Shown here piece after piece: positions 1 through 9,819 of a DNA stretch of 64,000 nucleotides. Positions within the stretch are counted from its first letter, which is position 1; the number at the start of each line of letters is the position of its first letter. This DNA is from Chthoniobacteraceae bacterium. GTDB taxonomy: Bacteria; Verrucomicrobiota; Verrucomicrobiia; Chthoniobacterales; Chthoniobacteraceae. The translations under genes and the position numbers were made by a program. The notes beneath the pieces are model-generated. The model saw only the letters and a list, made by a program, of their open reading frames with translations, did not search any database and was not told where the DNA came from. The stretch is from the NCBI GenBank assembly GCA_031409335.1, contig JANNWY010000170.1:32001-96000 (forward strand), written 5' to 3'.

Positions 1-1752
1 GCGATCGCCTACTCGCCGGACGGTCGTTTTCTCGCGACAGCGGATCGCAACGGCGGCATCCAGGTCTGGGAAGGGCCGACCGGGAAGGAATACAACACGC
101 TCCCCGGCCACAAGGTCCGCGTCACGGCGATGTCGTTCATGACGGGCGTGCTCGCGTCCTCGAGCGAGGATGGGAAAGTCGCGCTGTGGGATGTGAAAGA
201 GGCGAAGGAAATTCGGAGCTGGGCCGCGCATCCGGGCGGCGCGGCGTGGGTCGATTTCTCACCGGATGGACGCATCGTTTCGTGCGGGCGGGATAAAATC
301 GCGAAGGTGTGGGATCAGACCGGGAAGGAACTCGGGAAGACCGCGCCCTTCGCGGACATCGCGCTCCGGGCCGCGCTCAGCAACGAGCGGATCGTCGCGG
401 GGGACTGGACGGGTGCGATCCGCGTCAGTGCCATCGACGGCAAGCCGCTGGGCGAGTTGAGCGCGAATCCGCCAACGCTTCAGGATCGGATCGCGGCGTC
501 GCAAAAAAAGCTAACCGACGCGCAGGCTGCCCTCGCGCCGCTGCAGCAGGCGCTCGCCGCCGTGGAGGGAAAACTTGCCGCGGAGAAGGCTGCGCCACCC
601 GCCGCGCCGATGGTGACGCAAGCCGCCGAACTTCAAAAACAACTCGACGCGGTCTCCGCCGAAATCGCGAAACGCCGGGCCGATCGCGCGACGAAAAAGG
701 AAGGCACGCCCGAATACACCGCCGCGGACGCGCTCGTGCAGGGAATCAAACCCGACCTCGAAAAAGCCACCGCCGCACTCGCCGCAGCCCAAGCCGCACC
801 CGCGACGCCAGCCGCGCCCAAACCTTCACCCACCGCGGAGGAAGTCGCGAAAGCGAAAGCGGCATTCGACCAGGCGAACGCGCAAATCGCCACCGCAAAC
901 GCTGAACTGGGCCGCTGGAAACTCGCGCAGATTTTCCAAACCGTTCACAATTCCAAACGCACGCTTGCCGACAAACAGGCGCAGTATGATGGCTTCGTGG
1001 AAGCCGCGAAAACCGCGCTCGCGCCAGTGGACAAAACCAAGGCTGACATCTCCGCGGCAGAAAAAGCGATCGCCGATGCGCCCGCGCAATTGACCGAAAA
1101 GGAGACGCTCGCCGCGCAGACACGAGCCACCGCCGAACCGTTGAGCAAAGCCATCGGTGCCGCGGAAGCAGCATTGACCGAAAAGGAAAAGACCCTCGCG
1201 GGAATGGTCGAGGCAGCGAAGAAAATGGCCGGCAACGTGGATGAACTGACGAAGAAACTCACGGCCCAAACCGCTGACATCGAGAAGCGCCGCGCCGACC
1301 GCGCGACAAAAACCGACGGCACGCCGGAATACGCCGCCGCTGATAAATTGGTGCAGGATCTCAAACCGGAAATCGCCGCGACCGAAGCCGCCATCGCCGC
1401 AGCGAAAGCCGGAACGCCGACCGTCGAATCCGCCGAGATCAAAGCGGTGCTCGCCGAAGTGGCGAAGATGAAAGAGACGCTCACCGCCTCGCGCACCGAA
1501 GCAAAGGCCGCCTCGGATAAAGCCACCGCTGCCGAGCAGGCGCTCGCCGCCGCAAAAGCCGGAGCCGAACAAGCCGCAAAACAACTCGCCGACCTCCGTG
1601 CCAAACTTCCCGCAATCACCAAGACCGCCGAGGCGGCGAAAGCCGAAGCCGAGCGCGCCACGGCAGTGACCGAAAAGGAACTCGCCGCCGCGAAAGCCGA
1701 CACGGAAAAACGCCGCGCCGACTACGACACGGCTGCGCAGGCAAAGCTGTAG
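1..1752 (+). CDS. WD40-repeat protein with long Ala/Lys/Glu-rich coiled-coil C-terminus (5'-partial)
   Basis: Frame is open from base 1 (AIAYSPDGRFLATADRNGGIQVWE). WD40 motifs (GHKVRVTA...LWD, DFSPDG...VWD) are followed by a coiled coil with a duplicated KRRADRATKxxGTPEY motif. Confidence 0.8.
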   Translation, partial: AIAYSPDGRFLATADRNGGIQVWEGPTGKEYNTLPGHKVRVTAMSFMTGVLASSSEDGKVALWDVKEAKEIRSWAAHPGGAAWVDFSPDGRIVSCGRDKIAKVWDQTGKELGKTAPFADIALRAALSNERIVAGDWTGAIRVSAIDGKPLGELSANPPTLQDRIAASQKKLTDAQAALAPLQQALAAVEGKLAAEKAAPPAAPMVTQAAELQKQLDAVSAEIAKRRADRATKKEGTPEYTAADALVQGIKPDLEKATAALAAAQAAPATPAAPKPSPTAEEVAKAKAAFDQANAQIATANAELGRWKLAQIFQTVHNSKRTLADKQAQYDGFVEAAKTALAPVDKTKADISAAEKAIADAPAQLTEKETLAAQTRATAEPLSKAIGAAEAALTEKEKTLAGMVEAAKKMAGNVDELTKKLTAQTADIEKRRADRATKTDGTPEYAAADKLVQDLKPEIAATEAAIAAAKAGTPTVESAEIKAVLAEVAKMKETLTASRTEAKAASDKATAAEQALAAAKAGAEQAAKQLADLRAKLPAITKTAEAAKAEAERATAVTEKELAAAKADTEKRRADYDTAAQAKL

Positions 1753-1772
1753 CAGCGAGGAGGCGCAAAAAT

Positions 1773-1849
1773 GTAGGCGAGGTTTGCAACCTCGCTCCGC
1801 GGCTCCGCCGCGCTTCGCTCGTCGGCGCGAGGTTGCCAACCTCGCCTAC
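1773..1849. repeat. GTAG-headed REP doublet (REPIN-like), copy 1
   Basis: GTAGGCGAGGTTTGCAACCTCGC (1773-1795) and inverted GCGAGGTTGCCAACCTCGCCTAC (1827-1849). Each arm is itself a hairpin. Lies between convergent genes. Confidence 0.8.
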
Positions 1850-1864
1850 TTTCCTCCTGCGTCG

Positions 1865-3757
1865 CTAGCCGGCCGCAGCCTTGATCGCCTCCAGCTCATC
1901 CCACCGCACATACAGCCGCGCGACGGTCTTCTTCGCCGCCTCGTGCCGCGCTTCGAACTCCGGCCAGTCGTTCCCATGCTTCGCGTAGAAATCCGCTGCG
2001 GTGAGCGTCGCTTCGAGATTCGCAACTTCCGCTTCGGCGGCGTGAATTTCCGCTTCGATCGTTTCGAGTTCGCGCTCTTCCTTGTACTTTAGTTTGCGCA
2101 GCTTTTCCTTCGGCGCGGACGGCGCGGTTTTCGCGGGCGCGGCTTTAGTAAAAGCGGCCGCCCTCGCCGACTGCTGCGCGCGCTTTTCCAAGTAGTAGTC
2201 GTAGTTGCCGACGTTCACGGTGATGACGCCATCACCCTCAAACGCGAGGATGTGCGTGCAGACGCGATTCAGAAAATAGCGATCGTGGCTGACGACGATC
2301 ACGCTTCCTTTGAAGGCCACGAGCGCTTCTTCGAGCAGCCGCAGCGTGGCGAGATCGAGGTCATTCGTCGGCTCGTCGAGGATGATCACATTGCCTCCGC
2401 GCTTCAGGATTTTCGCGAGCATGATGCGGCTGCGTTCGCCGCCGCTGAGGTGCTCGATTTTCGTGTTGATGCGGTCTTCGGTGAAAAGAAAACGCCGCAG
2501 GTAACTGCGCAGGGTGATCTGCTCATCGCCGAGCGCCATGTGTTCGCGGCCTTCGCCCACTTCCTCCCACACGGTCTTGTTTTCATCGAGCATCAGCCGG
2601 TTTTGATCGACGTAGTTGATCTGCGTGCGCGACCCGATTTCCACTTCGCCGCGTGTCGGCGCGAGTTCGCCGAGGATGCATTTCAGCAGCGAACTTTTCC
2701 CCAGCCCATTGCGCCCGACCACGCCGAGCCGCGAGCCCGCGGGCAAATCCAGATCCACTTCGTCGAACAGCGTACGCCCGCCCAAATCGAGCCCGACGCC
2801 GCGCAATTCCACGATCCGATTCGCCGTCTTCGGCGCAGGCGGAATGATGAGCTCCACATCGATCTCCTGCTCCGGCGCTTCCTGTCCGGCCATTTCAAAA
2901 TAACGCTCGATCCGGTCCACGGATTTCGTCCGCCGCGCGCGCGGCCCTTTGCGCACCCACTCGAGTTCATGCTTCAAGAACTTCTGCCGCTTCCGCTCCT
3001 GTTCTTCCTCGACGCCGACGCGCTGCGCTTTCGCCAGCAGGAAATCATTGTAGCCGCCGTCGTAGCTCAGGAATTGCCCGCGCTGCAACTCGACGACGCG
3101 CGTCGCGATGCGATCGAGAAAATAGCGGTCGTGCGTGACGAACAGGCACGCGCCGGGATAGCGCGCGAGGAAATCCTCCAGCCACTCGATGCTGCCGGTG
3201 TCGAGATGGTTCGTCGGCTCGTCGAGGATGAGAAAATCCGGCCGCGCCAGCAGCGCACGGCACAGCGAGACGCGTCGCTTTTCTCCGCCGGAAAGCGTGC
3301 CGACGAGCCGCGACTGATCGGGCGCGTGCAGATTCGTGACGAGACTGGTCGCGCGCTGCTCCAGATTCCAGCCATCGAAATGTTCGATCTGGCCGAGCAC
3401 TTCCGCGCTGCGCGCGCTCTCCGGCGGCGCGGTCTCGTATTCCGCGATCAAGTCGAGCACGAGCTGCGCGCCCGCCAGGATGTTTGCCTGCACGGTCTGC
3501 GAATCATCCAGCCCGAACACCTGCGGCAGATAGCCCGTCACGAGTTCGCGCCGCCGCGTGAGCTGCCCGCCATCCGGCTCCAGCACGCCCGCCGCGATGC
3601 GCAGGAAGGTCGATTTCCCGCAGCCGTTCCGACCCACGAGTCCGACGCGTTCGCCTTCGTTGATCGTCAGCGTGGCGCGGTCGAGCACAGTCTGCGTGCC
3701 ATAGCGCACCAGCAGTTCGCTGGCGCTCACGATCGCGTTGAGATTCGGTTCAGACAT
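1865..3757 (-). CDS. uup: ABC-F family ATPase (Uup-like)
   Basis: Two ABC domains (GRNGCGKST/LSGGEKRR/LDEPTNHLD; GRNGLGKSS/LSGGERSR/LDEPTNDLD), no TM segments, C-terminal KLKYKEERELE coiled domain. Confidence 0.88.
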   Translation of the reverse strand: MSEPNLNAIVSASELLVRYGTQTVLDRATLTINEGERVGLVGRNGCGKSTFLRIAAGVLEPDGGQLTRRRELVTGYLPQVFGLDDSQTVQANILAGAQLVLDLIAEYETAPPESARSAEVLGQIEHFDGWNLEQRATSLVTNLHAPDQSRLVGTLSGGEKRRVSLCRALLARPDFLILDEPTNHLDTGSIEWLEDFLARYPGACLFVTHDRYFLDRIATRVVELQRGQFLSYDGGYNDFLLAKAQRVGVEEEQERKRQKFLKHELEWVRKGPRARRTKSVDRIERYFEMAGQEAPEQEIDVELIIPPAPKTANRIVELRGVGLDLGGRTLFDEVDLDLPAGSRLGVVGRNGLGKSSLLKCILGELAPTRGEVEIGSRTQINYVDQNRLMLDENKTVWEEVGEGREHMALGDEQITLRSYLRRFLFTEDRINTKIEHLSGGERSRIMLAKILKRGGNVIILDEPTNDLDLATLRLLEEALVAFKGSVIVVSHDRYFLNRVCTHILAFEGDGVITVNVGNYDYYLEKRAQQSARAAAFTKAAPAKTAPSAPKEKLRKLKYKEERELETIEAEIHAAEAEVANLEATLTAADFYAKHGNDWPEFEARHEAAKKTVARLYVRWDELEAIKAAAG

Positions 3758-3803
3758 GAAAAAAAGGGACGCGCTCTTCGCACCGAATCGCGCCGCGCGC
3801 CAT

Positions 3804-3820
3804 TGCGAATTCGGTGCCAA
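3804..3820 (-). promoter_or_regulatory. Candidate sigma-54 (-24/-12) promoter upstream of uup
   Basis: Minus strand TTGGCACCGAATTCGCA matches TGGCAC-N5-TTGC with one mismatch, ~47 nt before the ATG. Confidence 0.35.
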
Positions 3821-3870
3821 CCAAGATCAAGAGAAACCGGCGACCGTACTTCGTGCGTCTGCGACCGGCG

Positions 3871-4626
3871 TTATTTCACGCATTGGAAATGCAGCGCGAG
3901 TTCGACGCTTCGGTCGAGTGAGTCGTCGGGAAGTGCAAGGCCGGTCTCGCTGGAGATCACGTGGACGGCGGTGAAGCCATGGCTTTCCAAGGCTAGCTGC
4001 TGCGCGCGCGGCCGGACATAGACGTGTTTCAAGACCCCCTCGTCGCCATAGACACCGTCCCAGAAAAGCGCCACGTCCTGGCCAGCGTAGTCCGCGAAGG
4101 GTGCATTGAAGCGGCGGATCGCGGCGCGGCGGCCGGCGTCGAGCAGCGAGAGCGCTCCGTAAGACGCTTCAATGGCCTGCAAATTATGCGCGGAAAAAAG
4201 AAAAGTCCCGCCCGTGCGGAGGACGCGGAAGACTTCGCGCAGGCAATCCGCGCGGCGTGCGGGCGCGAGGCAGTCGAGCCCATTGCAACTGAAGAGCACG
4301 ACGTCGAAAGCCGCATCCGCGCAGGATTTCAGCGCTGCCGCATCCTCCACGCGAAAGGCGAAGTCCGCCGCGCCGCGATAGTCCGCAAAGCGCTCGCGGC
4401 AGAAGTCGATCATGCGCGAAGCGATATCGAGGCCGAGGTAATGGCGGACGAAGGGGAGAAAGAAAAACGATGTTCGCCCCGCGCCGACGCCGAGGTCGAG
4501 CATGTCCACCTTTCCCGCCCGCGCCGTCACCACCTGCAAGAGCCGCGCCTCCGCGGGTGCCAGCAGCGAGGTGAGATAGTGACTGGCGATCTCCGGGCGG
4601 TTGTAGATTTCAGCGAAGGGATTCAT
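3871..4626 (-). CDS. Class I SAM-dependent methyltransferase
   Basis: Motif I MLDLGVGAGR, acidic LDIASRM, FDVV and RVLRTGG motifs. Confidence 0.85.
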   Translation of the reverse strand: MNPFAEIYNRPEIASHYLTSLLAPAEARLLQVVTARAGKVDMLDLGVGAGRTSFFFLPFVRHYLGLDIASRMIDFCRERFADYRGAADFAFRVEDAAALKSCADAAFDVVLFSCNGLDCLAPARRADCLREVFRVLRTGGTFLFSAHNLQAIEASYGALSLLDAGRRAAIRRFNAPFADYAGQDVALFWDGVYGDEGVLKHVYVRPRAQQLALESHGFTAVHVISSETGLALPDDSLDRSVELALHFQCVK

Positions 4627-4656
4627 GCGCGCCGGGAAAACGCCGGCATGATTGCC

Positions 4657-4923
4657 CTACTCCTGCCGCCGGTCGATTTCCTCGAACAACTTCACAAACC
4701 CGAGCACGAGCAGCGCGGGGCGGACCAGCGCCAGCGCAAGTCGGATCAGCGCCGCGGCGATCCGGCCGACCGGGAAAACTGCCACGACGAGGCCGGCTGC
4801 GAAGGCGTAACCGGCGGCTTTGACGGGTTCGTCGCGGATGGTTTTTTCCGCGCAGGCGGTCCAGCCGCGGACGCGGTCTTGAAATCCGGCGCAGCATTCC
4901 GTGGAAGATTCTGGTTCTGACAT
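4657..4923 (-). CDS. Small membrane protein (weakly ElaB/DUF883-like)
   Basis: TIRDEPVKAAGYAFAAGLVV followed by hydrophobic helices. Fills the gap between flanking genes. Confidence 0.55.
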   Translation of the reverse strand: MSEPESSTECCAGFQDRVRGWTACAEKTIRDEPVKAAGYAFAAGLVVAVFPVGRIAAALIRLALALVRPALLVLGFVKLFEEIDRRQE

Positions 4924-5042
4924 ACTAGGTCGAGAATAGAGCATGGCAGCGGGGAAAGGCGAGCGTGGCGCGCAACGCTCCGGTCGAGATGACGGGTTTT
5001 CGCGGTGGATATTCTCAATGCTAAATCCTTAAATCCTCGGCG

Positions 5043-5729
5043 ATGCCCGAAAACTTTCCGCCCGCCGCACCGCTCGACGCCGCCTACGTCACCGCGATGT
5101 CGCATTTCTACCGTGGCGAACTCGGGCGCATCATGTCCTGGCGGCAGCGGCTCGACATCACGACGAGCTGGGCGATCACCGTCACGTCCTCGATTTTCAC
5201 CGTCGCGTTTTCGTTTCGCGAAGTCCCGCATCTCATCTTCTTTTTCAATATCGCCGTCGTCTGGGTGCTGCTCTGGATCGAGGCGCGGCGCTACCGTTTT
5301 TACGACGCCTTTCGCGCCCGCGTGCGGATGCTCGAAGCGCATTTCCTCGTCCCGATCGTCGCTCAGAACAACGCGCTGCTTCAGGGCGATTGGAAAAAAC
5401 TGGTCTGCGAAGACCTGCTGCTGCCTTCCTTCAAAATCAGCCGCTTTGAAGCGGTCGGACGCCGGCTGAAACGCAATTACGCCTTCATCTTCCTCATCAT
5501 CATGGTCGCGTGGATCACGAAGATTTTTCTCCACGCCGAACCGCACATCGATTCGTTCGGATCGTTTTACCAGGCGCTCGGCGTGAAACCCTCGATCCCG
5601 AGCTGGTTCGTCGCCGTGATCTTCGCCGTCACCTTTTTCAGCGTCGTCGGCATCGTGATCCATATCGCCCGGAAGAGCACGGGCGAGATCAGCGAATTCG
5701 GCACCCACCGCGCGGGGTGGAAGATCTGA
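5043..5729 (+). CDS. DUF2270-family integral membrane protein
   Basis: HFYRGELGRIMSWRQRLDITTSWA and IEARRYRFYD signatures, 4 TM helices. Confidence 0.85.
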   Translation: MPENFPPAAPLDAAYVTAMSHFYRGELGRIMSWRQRLDITTSWAITVTSSIFTVAFSFREVPHLIFFFNIAVVWVLLWIEARRYRFYDAFRARVRMLEAHFLVPIVAQNNALLQGDWKKLVCEDLLLPSFKISRFEAVGRRLKRNYAFIFLIIMVAWITKIFLHAEPHIDSFGSFYQALGVKPSIPSWFVAVIFAVTFFSVVGIVIHIARKSTGEISEFGTHRAGWKI

Positions 5730-5844
5730 GGGAGTTCGAAAAGCCGCTGCCGCCTCCCCGGCATTTTCCAAGCCGCCTTGTGACACAAACTTCCGTTGGC
5801 GGACGCCGGGCCGCTGCGTTATTCTCGGTGCCCTTTCCCGAAAA

Positions 5845-7005
5845 ATGAACGCAAGTGAAATCATCTACCTCGACAACAACGCGACGACTCGGGTCGATCC
5901 CGCGGTGGTCGGGGAAATGATGCCGTTTCTCACCGAGTTTTACGGGAATCCATCAAGCGGATACCGCTTTGGCAAACAGGTCGGAAAGGCGCTGGATCTC
6001 GCGCGCGAGCGGGTTGCCGGGCTGCTTGGCTGCGAGCCGGCGGAGATTGTTTTCACGAGTTGCGGCACCGAGTCCACGAATGCGGCGATCCATTCCGCGC
6101 TGCTCATGGACCGCGACCGGCAGCACATCGTCACCACCCGCGTCGAGCATTCCGCGACGCTGAAACACTGCGAGGCGCTCGCCAAACGCGGGACGGAAGT
6201 GACGTGGCTCGGCGTCGATCCACGCGGCCAGGTGGACCTTGCGGAACTCGATCGCGCCATCCGGCCCGACACCGCGCTGGTCTCGGTGATGTGGGCGAAC
6301 AATGAAACCGGCGTGATTTTTCCCGTGGAAGAAATCGCCGCGATCGTCCGCAAAAAAGGCGCGCTGTTTCACACCGATGCAGTGCAGGCGATCGGAAAAA
6401 TTCCACTTCGCCTCACGGACGCGAAGATCAATTTCCTCTCGCTCTCCGGCCACAAGCTGCACTGCCCAAAAGGCGTCGGCGTGCTTTACGTGAACCGACG
6501 CACGAGGTTCGCGCCGTATCTCATCGGCGGCGGACAGGAAAACGCCAAACGCGCGGGCACGGAGAATGTCTCGTCGATCGTCGGTCTCGGCAAAGCGTGT
6601 GAAATCGCGGGCGCATTTCTGGATCACGAAGCGACAGAAGTGCGCGGGATGCGCGATGAATTCGAGAGCAGCCTAGTCTCGCGGATCGAAGGTGCGCAGG
6701 TCAACGGCGACATCGCGAACCGCCTGCCAAACACGAGCAACTTGTCGTTTGAAGGCGTTGATTCCGAGGGCGTGCTGATGCTGCTCGATCAGCACGGCAT
6801 CTGTTGCTCATCCGGCTCTGCCTGCACCACCGGCTCCGTCCACGCGTCGCATGTTTTGAAAGCGATGGGTTTCTCCGATGACCGCGCGCGCGCCAGCCTG
6901 CGGTTCTCCTTCTCGCGTTTCAACACGCGCGAGGAAGTGGCTAGGGCGATCGAGGTCGTCCCGCAGGTGATCGGCAAGCTCCGCCGGGTCGCGGTGGCAG
7001 CGTAA
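5845..7005 (+). CDS. iscS: Cysteine desulfurase (IscS/NifS group I)
   Basis: YLDNNATT, HTDAVQA, PLP-lysine SGHK, catalytic SSGSACT. Confidence 0.92.
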   Translation: MNASEIIYLDNNATTRVDPAVVGEMMPFLTEFYGNPSSGYRFGKQVGKALDLARERVAGLLGCEPAEIVFTSCGTESTNAAIHSALLMDRDRQHIVTTRVEHSATLKHCEALAKRGTEVTWLGVDPRGQVDLAELDRAIRPDTALVSVMWANNETGVIFPVEEIAAIVRKKGALFHTDAVQAIGKIPLRLTDAKINFLSLSGHKLHCPKGVGVLYVNRRTRFAPYLIGGGQENAKRAGTENVSSIVGLGKACEIAGAFLDHEATEVRGMRDEFESSLVSRIEGAQVNGDIANRLPNTSNLSFEGVDSEGVLMLLDQHGICCSSGSACTTGSVHASHVLKAMGFSDDRARASLRFSFSRFNTREEVARAIEVVPQVIGKLRRVAVAA

Positions 7006-7013
7006 TTTCGCGC

Positions 7014-8441
7014 CTACTTTTTCCCGGCGATCGGCGCGTCAAGGTCGAGCTTGCTTTGCGGGATCACTTCGAGCTTTGGAAAAATCTCCCGCATCGGTTT
7101 TGCGACATCGTTCGCGCGGCCCACGACGATGACCGACATCGCGTCCGGCGACAGATGCTTTTCCGCGAACGCGCGCACTTCATCCAAACTCACCGACTGG
7201 ATGCGCTCGACGTGTTTCGCGAGCGTATCGACCGGCAGCCCGTGCAGCGCCAGTTCGGAAACGCGCGCCACGTAGCCGTCATTGGTTTCCAGTTCGCGCG
7301 CGAAATTCCCCGTCAGCACCGCTTTGCGCGAAGCGAAATAATTTTCCGCGACCGGCTCGCTGGAGAGCCGTTTGAGTTCGGCTTGAATGATGCGGATGAC
7401 TTCCGCAGCGGATTCGTTTTTGGTCTGGCAGGAGGCGGCGAAGATGCCGAACTGGCCGCTCGTGGTGAGCCGGCTCGCCGCGCCGTAACTCAGGCCGCGC
7501 TTGAGGCGGATTTCCTGATTGAGCCGCGAGGAATATCCGGTGCCGAGCACCGCGTTGGTTACCTCCGCGATCGTGAAAGCCGCGTCCGCTTTTCCCAAAC
7601 CCGGCGCTCCGACATACACGGCGGCCTGCCCCGCGAAGGGAAGATCGACGAGGATGGCGCGCGGCTTTTGTCCAGGCGTGCTGGCGGCAGGTGGCGCGGG
7701 TGCTTTCGCCGCGGGCCAGTCGCCGAGGACTTTCTCCGCGAGCGCGAAGCCGTCCGCGGCGGTGATATTTCCCGCCATGACAAGCAGCGCATTTCCGGGA
7801 ACGAACGCGCGAGTGTGAAGCCCGGCGATATCCGTCCGCTTGATGCGCGGGAGCGAGGCGAGCGTGCCTTGCGTGGGATGCGCGTATGGCGATGCGCCGA
7901 GCAGCGCGCGTGCGGCGACGGAACGCGCGACCGCGCCGGGCGTTTCCATTTCGAGACGCAAATCGTCGAGCGCCTGCTTGCGGTGGCGCTCGATTTCCTC
8001 CGCGTCGAATTTCGGATTTCGCACCACGTCCGCAAGAATCTCAAACGCCGCGCCGACATTGGCGGACAGCGTCTTCAGCGTCACGTCGATCGAGTCCCAG
8101 CCCGCGTCGGCGACGAGCGACGCGCCTAGGGATTCCACTTCGCTCGCGATCTGCGGGGCGGTGCGTTTCGCGGTGCCTTGCGTGAGCAGGGAAGCCGTGA
8201 ATTTCGCGAGACCCGCGAGTTTTTCCGGGTCCGTCTCGCTGCCGCTGCGGACGATCAGATTCGCGCTGAGCAGCGGCACGCCGGGCCGCTCGATCACGAT
8301 CACGCGCAGGCCGTTCGCGAGCGTCTTTTCCTGCGGCGCGACGAGCTTCGTGGGCCGCAGCGCGGCGGGTTTCGGCAGACCTTCGATTTCGACCGCGACC
8401 GCGGTCGTAAGCGTGAGGAGCAACAACGCGAGTGTTTTCAT
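7014..8441 (-). CDS. M16B peptidase, non-catalytic subunit
   Basis: Signal peptide, LANGLRV, SRLNQEIRLKRGLSYG. HxxEH replaced by KFTASL. ATG overlaps the upstream gene's TGA. Confidence 0.85.
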   Translation of the reverse strand: MKTLALLLLTLTTAVAVEIEGLPKPAALRPTKLVAPQEKTLANGLRVIVIERPGVPLLSANLIVRSGSETDPEKLAGLAKFTASLLTQGTAKRTAPQIASEVESLGASLVADAGWDSIDVTLKTLSANVGAAFEILADVVRNPKFDAEEIERHRKQALDDLRLEMETPGAVARSVAARALLGASPYAHPTQGTLASLPRIKRTDIAGLHTRAFVPGNALLVMAGNITAADGFALAEKVLGDWPAAKAPAPPAASTPGQKPRAILVDLPFAGQAAVYVGAPGLGKADAAFTIAEVTNAVLGTGYSSRLNQEIRLKRGLSYGAASRLTTSGQFGIFAASCQTKNESAAEVIRIIQAELKRLSSEPVAENYFASRKAVLTGNFARELETNDGYVARVSELALHGLPVDTLAKHVERIQSVSLDEVRAFAEKHLSPDAMSVIVVGRANDVAKPMREIFPKLEVIPQSKLDLDAPIAGKK

Positions 8442-9763
8442 TTCTTCTCCTTTGCTGTCGGCAGGTATTCGAGGACGAGCCGGTTGTCGTCGGTGAACCA
8501 CTTTTTTGCCGCTGCCTGGACTTGTTCGGCGGTCACAGCTTCGAGTTTGGCGAGGTCGGTATTCACGAGCGCCGGATCGCCCCGGATGGTCGCGGCTTCG
8601 GCGAGCGCGCTGGCTTTGCCGTCGCACGTTTCGCGTTCGGCGAGCTGGCTGGCGAGGAGCTGGTTTTTCGCAGTGGTGAGCTCGGCGGCGGAGATCGGCG
8701 CATCGGTGAGTTTCTTCACCTCGTCGAGCAAAGCGACGCGCGTTTTCGCGATGTCCGCGCCGCTCGCGAGGATGATCTGGAAAGTGAGCAGCCCGAGATC
8801 CGTCCGCAGATCGGCGGAGAATTGCGCGGTTTGCGCCATCTCCATTTCGTAAATCAGCACGCGATACAGCCTCGACGATTCGCCGCCGCTCAACGCCTGC
8901 TGCAAGACTTGGAATGCGGGCGCTTCCTCGCTCGTGATGGCCGGCCCGAGATAGGTGACGGCGAGCGCGGGCAGCGGAACCTTCGGACTCGAATCGCGCA
9001 ATGTCCGCTCACCGGTGCGCGCGGGCTCTTTCACCGTCACGCGCGGGATCGGCGTTTCCGGCCTGGGGATCGGGCCGAAATACTGATCCACCCACTTCTG
9101 CAAATCCGCCGACTCGAAATCGCCTGCGACGACCAGCACCGCATTGTCCGGCCGGTAAAACGTCGCGTGAAAACTCTTCACTTCGTCGAGGCTGGAAGCG
9201 TCGAGCTCCTCGATGTTTCCGATCGTCGGCCGTTTGTAGGGATGCGCTGCGAACGACATTTTCGGAATCCATTCGCCGAACTCACCGTATGGCTGCGCGA
9301 GCACGCTCTGGCGGAATTCCTCCTTCACCACATCGCGCTCAGTGAAGAAATTTTTCGTGTCCACGCGCAGCGACGAAAGCCGCTCCGCCTCCGCCCAGAT
9401 CAGCCTCTCCAAATGATTCGCGGGCACCGTCTCGTGATATGCCGTTACGTCGTCGGACGTGAAAGCGTTGTTTTCCCCGCCCACATCTTCCGTCAGCCGG
9501 TCGATCGTTTCGTTCGGCATCCGCTTCGTGCTTTTGAACATCATGTGCTCGAACAAATGCGCGAATCCGCTGCGCCCCGCGGGATCATCCTTCGAGCCGA
9601 CGCGATACCAAATCTGGATCGCGGCAGTCGGCGTGGAGTGATCTTCGAGAGCGATGACACGGAGCCCGTTCGCGAGGGTGCGATCGGTGAAGGTGAGTGG
9701 CGGCGCGATGATCTCGGCGCGTGCGACGAGCGGGAGGAGAAGGCAGAGGCAGAGAGCTTTCAC
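8438..9763 (-). CDS. M16B zinc peptidase, catalytic subunit
   Basis: GFAHLFEHMMF (HxxEH), NAFTS, ERDVVKEE. Probable GTG start with signal peptide. Confidence 0.88.
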   Translation of the reverse strand: MKALCLCLLLPLVARAEIIAPPLTFTDRTLANGLRVIALEDHSTPTAAIQIWYRVGSKDDPAGRSGFAHLFEHMMFKSTKRMPNETIDRLTEDVGGENNAFTSDDVTAYHETVPANHLERLIWAEAERLSSLRVDTKNFFTERDVVKEEFRQSVLAQPYGEFGEWIPKMSFAAHPYKRPTIGNIEELDASSLDEVKSFHATFYRPDNAVLVVAGDFESADLQKWVDQYFGPIPRPETPIPRVTVKEPARTGERTLRDSSPKVPLPALAVTYLGPAITSEEAPAFQVLQQALSGGESSRLYRVLIYEMEMAQTAQFSADLRTDLGLLTFQIILASGADIAKTRVALLDEVKKLTDAPISAAELTTAKNQLLASQLAERETCDGKASALAEAATIRGDPALVNTDLAKLEAVTAEQVQAAAKKWFTDDNRLVLEYLPTAKEKK

Positions 9764-9819
9764 GAGGGCGTCACGCTCTGTGGAGTCCGGCGCGATGGCA
9801 ACACGAAAGCGGCTCCGAA

